From the NCBI GenBank assembly GCA_015069395.1, contig SVIR01000001.1, positions 27,268 to 91,267 on the forward strand: 64,000 nucleotides of DNA, given 5' to 3'. The notes beneath the pieces were generated by a model that made no database searches, was not told where the DNA came from, and saw only the letters and a program-made list of their open reading frames with translations. Made by a program: the position numbers and the translations under genes. This DNA comes from Clostridiales bacterium. Its GTDB lineage: Bacteria; Bacillota; Clostridia; Christensenellales; UBA1242. Position 1 is the stretch's first letter, and every line of letters starts with the position of its first letter. This document shows positions 61,892 through 64,000 of the stretch, one piece after another.

Positions 61892-62629
61892 ATGTTTAAT
61901 TGGAGCGAAGCGGATAAAATTGCGATTCCTGTGATGATGTTGATTGTGGCTGCACTGGCAGTTGCACTTGCTTTTTTGTTGCGTGGTAAAAGCGAGAAAA
62001 TAAAAAACATTCCGCTGCATATTATTGCTGCTCTTATGATAGGGTTGGAGATTGCAAAACAGCTGTACTTTCTTATTTCAGGAACATATCATTTGGGTGT
62101 AATTCCAGTACACTTTTGCTCATATATGATTATGATTATTTCTCTTGCGCAGTGGCTTCCAAAGAAATATTCAACATTTTTTCAAGTCCCTGCAGTGGTG
62201 TTTTCAATATTAATATGGGCGTTGCTTCTGATTCATCCTAGTTCTATGATAGGGAATTACAGTGCAACAATGTTTCAAAGTTTTCCAGGCTTTCACAGCT
62301 TTTTCTTTCATTCTTTGGTTGTTTGTTATGCGGTGTTTAGACTTGTGCTTTGCAAACATAGTTTGAAATGGATTTATCTTCTAAGCTTCCCTGTCTGCGT
62401 ATTGTTTTATGCGGCATATGCTGTGCCGGTTGCTTTTAAATTAGGCTTTAACTATATCAATATCTTATATAGTTATTTCCAACCGCTTGAGAACTTTCGG
62501 TTAAGTTGCGGGCAAGTGGCGTACGATATTTTATTATTTTCTATTGCAATTGCGGTTAGTTGCTTGATTTTTGTTGTTTGGTTTTTTATAATTAAATTAA
62601 TAAACAAAAGGAGAAAGAAAAATGCCTAA
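61892..62629 (+). CDS. Polytopic integral membrane protein, YwaF/TIGR02206-like
   Basis: 245 aa with 6-7 hydrophobic segments, similar in layout to 1395-2189 and to the next gene. Confidence 0.5.
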   Translation: MFNWSEADKIAIPVMMLIVAALAVALAFLLRGKSEKIKNIPLHIIAALMIGLEIAKQLYFLISGTYHLGVIPVHFCSYMIMIISLAQWLPKKYSTFFQVPAVVFSILIWALLLIHPSSMIGNYSATMFQSFPGFHSFFFHSLVVCYAVFRLVLCKHSLKWIYLLSFPVCVLFYAAYAVPVAFKLGFNYINILYSYFQPLENFRLSCGQVAYDILLFSIAIAVSCLIFVVWFFIIKLINKRRKKNA

Positions 62630-63395
62630 AATTTTTGGAACAGGACACATTGTCTATTTGGTTATAAGCTTTGCTCTTATAATTGCCGTACTTGTGCTTA
62701 TTAAGAAATTTTGCAAAAGTGAAAAATCGCAAATGATTGCAATAAAAATCAGTGCTGCTGTACAGCTATTGATGATTATATTAAATAACCTCTTTGTATA
62801 TTTGTGGGTTGGGACAATTAAGCTTGATTCTCTCTGCGGGGTAGTAAGCTTCTTGATTGCAATTTTTGCATTAATCTGTAAAAAAGATTCATCTATTTTG
62901 CATTTCATTTCTTATACCGCGCTCTTTACCGGCCTTATTCCAACTTTTTATCCTACATACATTGGGCAAGGGCCAACAATTTTCTTCCCATCAACAATAA
63001 CAAGTTTAATCCATCACTCATTGTCTTTCTATTTGGCGCTGCTTATTTTTATTCTTGGATATGTTAAGCCAAATATTAAAAAGTGGCATGCTTGGCCGCT
63101 TGGCTATTTTGCGCTTATTGCAATCGGTGTGTTTAACATAAAAATCCGTGGACTTGGTGATTCTATGAATATCAACTCTCCAATCATCGCAGGTACTCCA
63201 TTTAACTGGTTTTATCTGGGATTAATATTTATAGGGGTTTATACAATATTCCTGCTTGTGTATGATGCGATTGAAAACAAGAAAAATTGTTTTGTGGTAT
63301 GTACATACAACAAAATTGCTGCTCTTTTCAAGAAAAAAGAAAAGATTGAATCCGCAAAAGAAGAAAAGCAAGAGGAAAACAAAAAAGACCTTTAA
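62622..63395 (+). CDS. Polytopic integral membrane protein, YwaF/TIGR02206-like
   Basis: 257 aa. Overlaps the preceding paralogue by 8 nt and starts MPKIFGTGHIVYLVISF. Confidence 0.5.
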   Translation: MPKIFGTGHIVYLVISFALIIAVLVLIKKFCKSEKSQMIAIKISAAVQLLMIILNNLFVYLWVGTIKLDSLCGVVSFLIAIFALICKKDSSILHFISYTALFTGLIPTFYPTYIGQGPTIFFPSTITSLIHHSLSFYLALLIFILGYVKPNIKKWHAWPLGYFALIAIGVFNIKIRGLGDSMNINSPIIAGTPFNWFYLGLIFIGVYTIFLLVYDAIENKKNCFVVCTYNKIAALFKKKEKIESAKEEKQEENKKDL

Positions 63396-63779
63396 TGGTC
63401 TTTTTGTATTTTGAGAGGTTTCTTTGGTGTGGTATAATAATGCATGATTACAATAAGAAGTTTTCATCAAAATGATGTTGAGTTTAAATTCAATAATTTA
63501 GTATAATGAAAATCTTATTTTAATCTTTGCAAAATCAAACACAAGAAATCAAAAAAACGACTTCTTGTAGTGGTGATACAAATATTGCAAAAAAATCTCA
63601 TGCAAAAAAAGACCTAGAGTTTAGAGGTGATACAAAAACATGGGGAAAGAATTTATTCTTTTTTTGAACAAAGATATAGGGTGCGAACTTCAAATTTAGC
63701 GAGGTGTTTAATAATAAAGAAAAAAGGATTTTGTTTTTTTAGCAAAATATGTTAATATATAAATATATGGAGGGGAATT

Positions 63780-64000
63780 ATGAAAGTATTTATAAAAAAC
63801 AAATTGTTTTCTATGGGAGGAAGTTCAGAGGTTTTTGATGAAGCGAACAATCCTATATTTAAAGTCGAGGGAGGCGTTGCTAGTCCAACTAGAAGAAAGG
63901 AAATATATGATACAAATGGAAAATTGTTGTACATTGTACGTAACAGATTTTTCAATTTTTTCGCCAACAAAGTCTATATTTTTGATTCAAACGAGAATCT
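63780..64000 (+). CDS. LURP-one-related / YxjI-like (tubby C-terminal-like) protein, N-terminal part
   Basis: ATG after GGAGGGG. MKVFIKNKLFSMGGSSEVFDEANNPIFKVEGGVASPTRRKEIYDTNGKLLYIVRNRFF matches the YxjI/DUF567 pattern as I remember it. The frame runs off the window. Confidence 0.55.
   Translation, partial: MKVFIKNKLFSMGGSSEVFDEANNPIFKVEGGVASPTRRKEIYDTNGKLLYIVRNRFFNFFANKVYIFDSNEN

Noticed and set aside
63566-63700. Two copies of GGTGATACAAA 57 nt apart, plus a 19-aa ORF (MGKEFILFLNKDIGCELQI) after the second
   Set aside because: The repeat is too short to separate from chance, and the mini-ORF has no supporting conservation evidence available to me.
1-64000. Possibility of genetic code 4 (TGA=Trp), given the low GC and Mollicutes-like lipoproteins
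   Set aside because: Long conserved genes read through cleanly with TGG for Trp. TGA serves as a genuine stop, for example at the giant ORF (57111-57113) and at the ATGA junction at 44751-44754.

Overview
This is a low-GC, Firmicutes-type chromosomal segment under standard code 11 (TGA terminates the giant ORF and Trp is TGG). It spans the replication origin. The core content is the ori-proximal set: parS x3, parB, parA, rsmG, mnmG, mnmE, jag, then yidC, yidD, rnpA, rpmH, dnaN, a DnaA-box cluster, dnaA and recF. To the right comes a division/cell-wall block (rsmH, an FtsL-position protein, a PASTA-containing class B PBP), then glyQS behind a glycine T-box leader and an ABC-F ATPase. I found three tRNAs: Ser-GCU, Ser-UGA and Arg-UCG.

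Four things stand out.

1. An 8.1-kb island (15564-23663) lies between 50-bp direct repeats at the 3' end of tRNA-Ser(UGA). It carries a large serine recombinase whose ORF reads through the att repeat. It also carries a four-gene restriction-modification module (two overlapping nuclease-like ORFs plus two m5C methyltransferases). Its last gene is a 614-aa uncharacterised protein with a C-terminal HEPN-like signature (NWIALE ... RNEYVH), which is my best candidate for a new defence gene. A third, inverted copy of the 50-bp repeat sits at 2517-2566.

2. The origin layout is atypical. dnaA-dnaN is co-directional with rpmH-rnpA and divergent from recF. All recognisable DnaA boxes lie in the dnaA-dnaN spacer.

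3. About 14 kb of accessory DNA is wedged between jag and yidC.

4. An 11.5-kb gene encodes a 3837-aa membrane-anchored protein. It is followed by a cluster with an orphan VirD4/TraG-type coupling ATPase next to tRNA-Arg.

All calls come from reading the sequence and the supplied translations. No database search was possible, so family names are recognition-based and graded accordingly.
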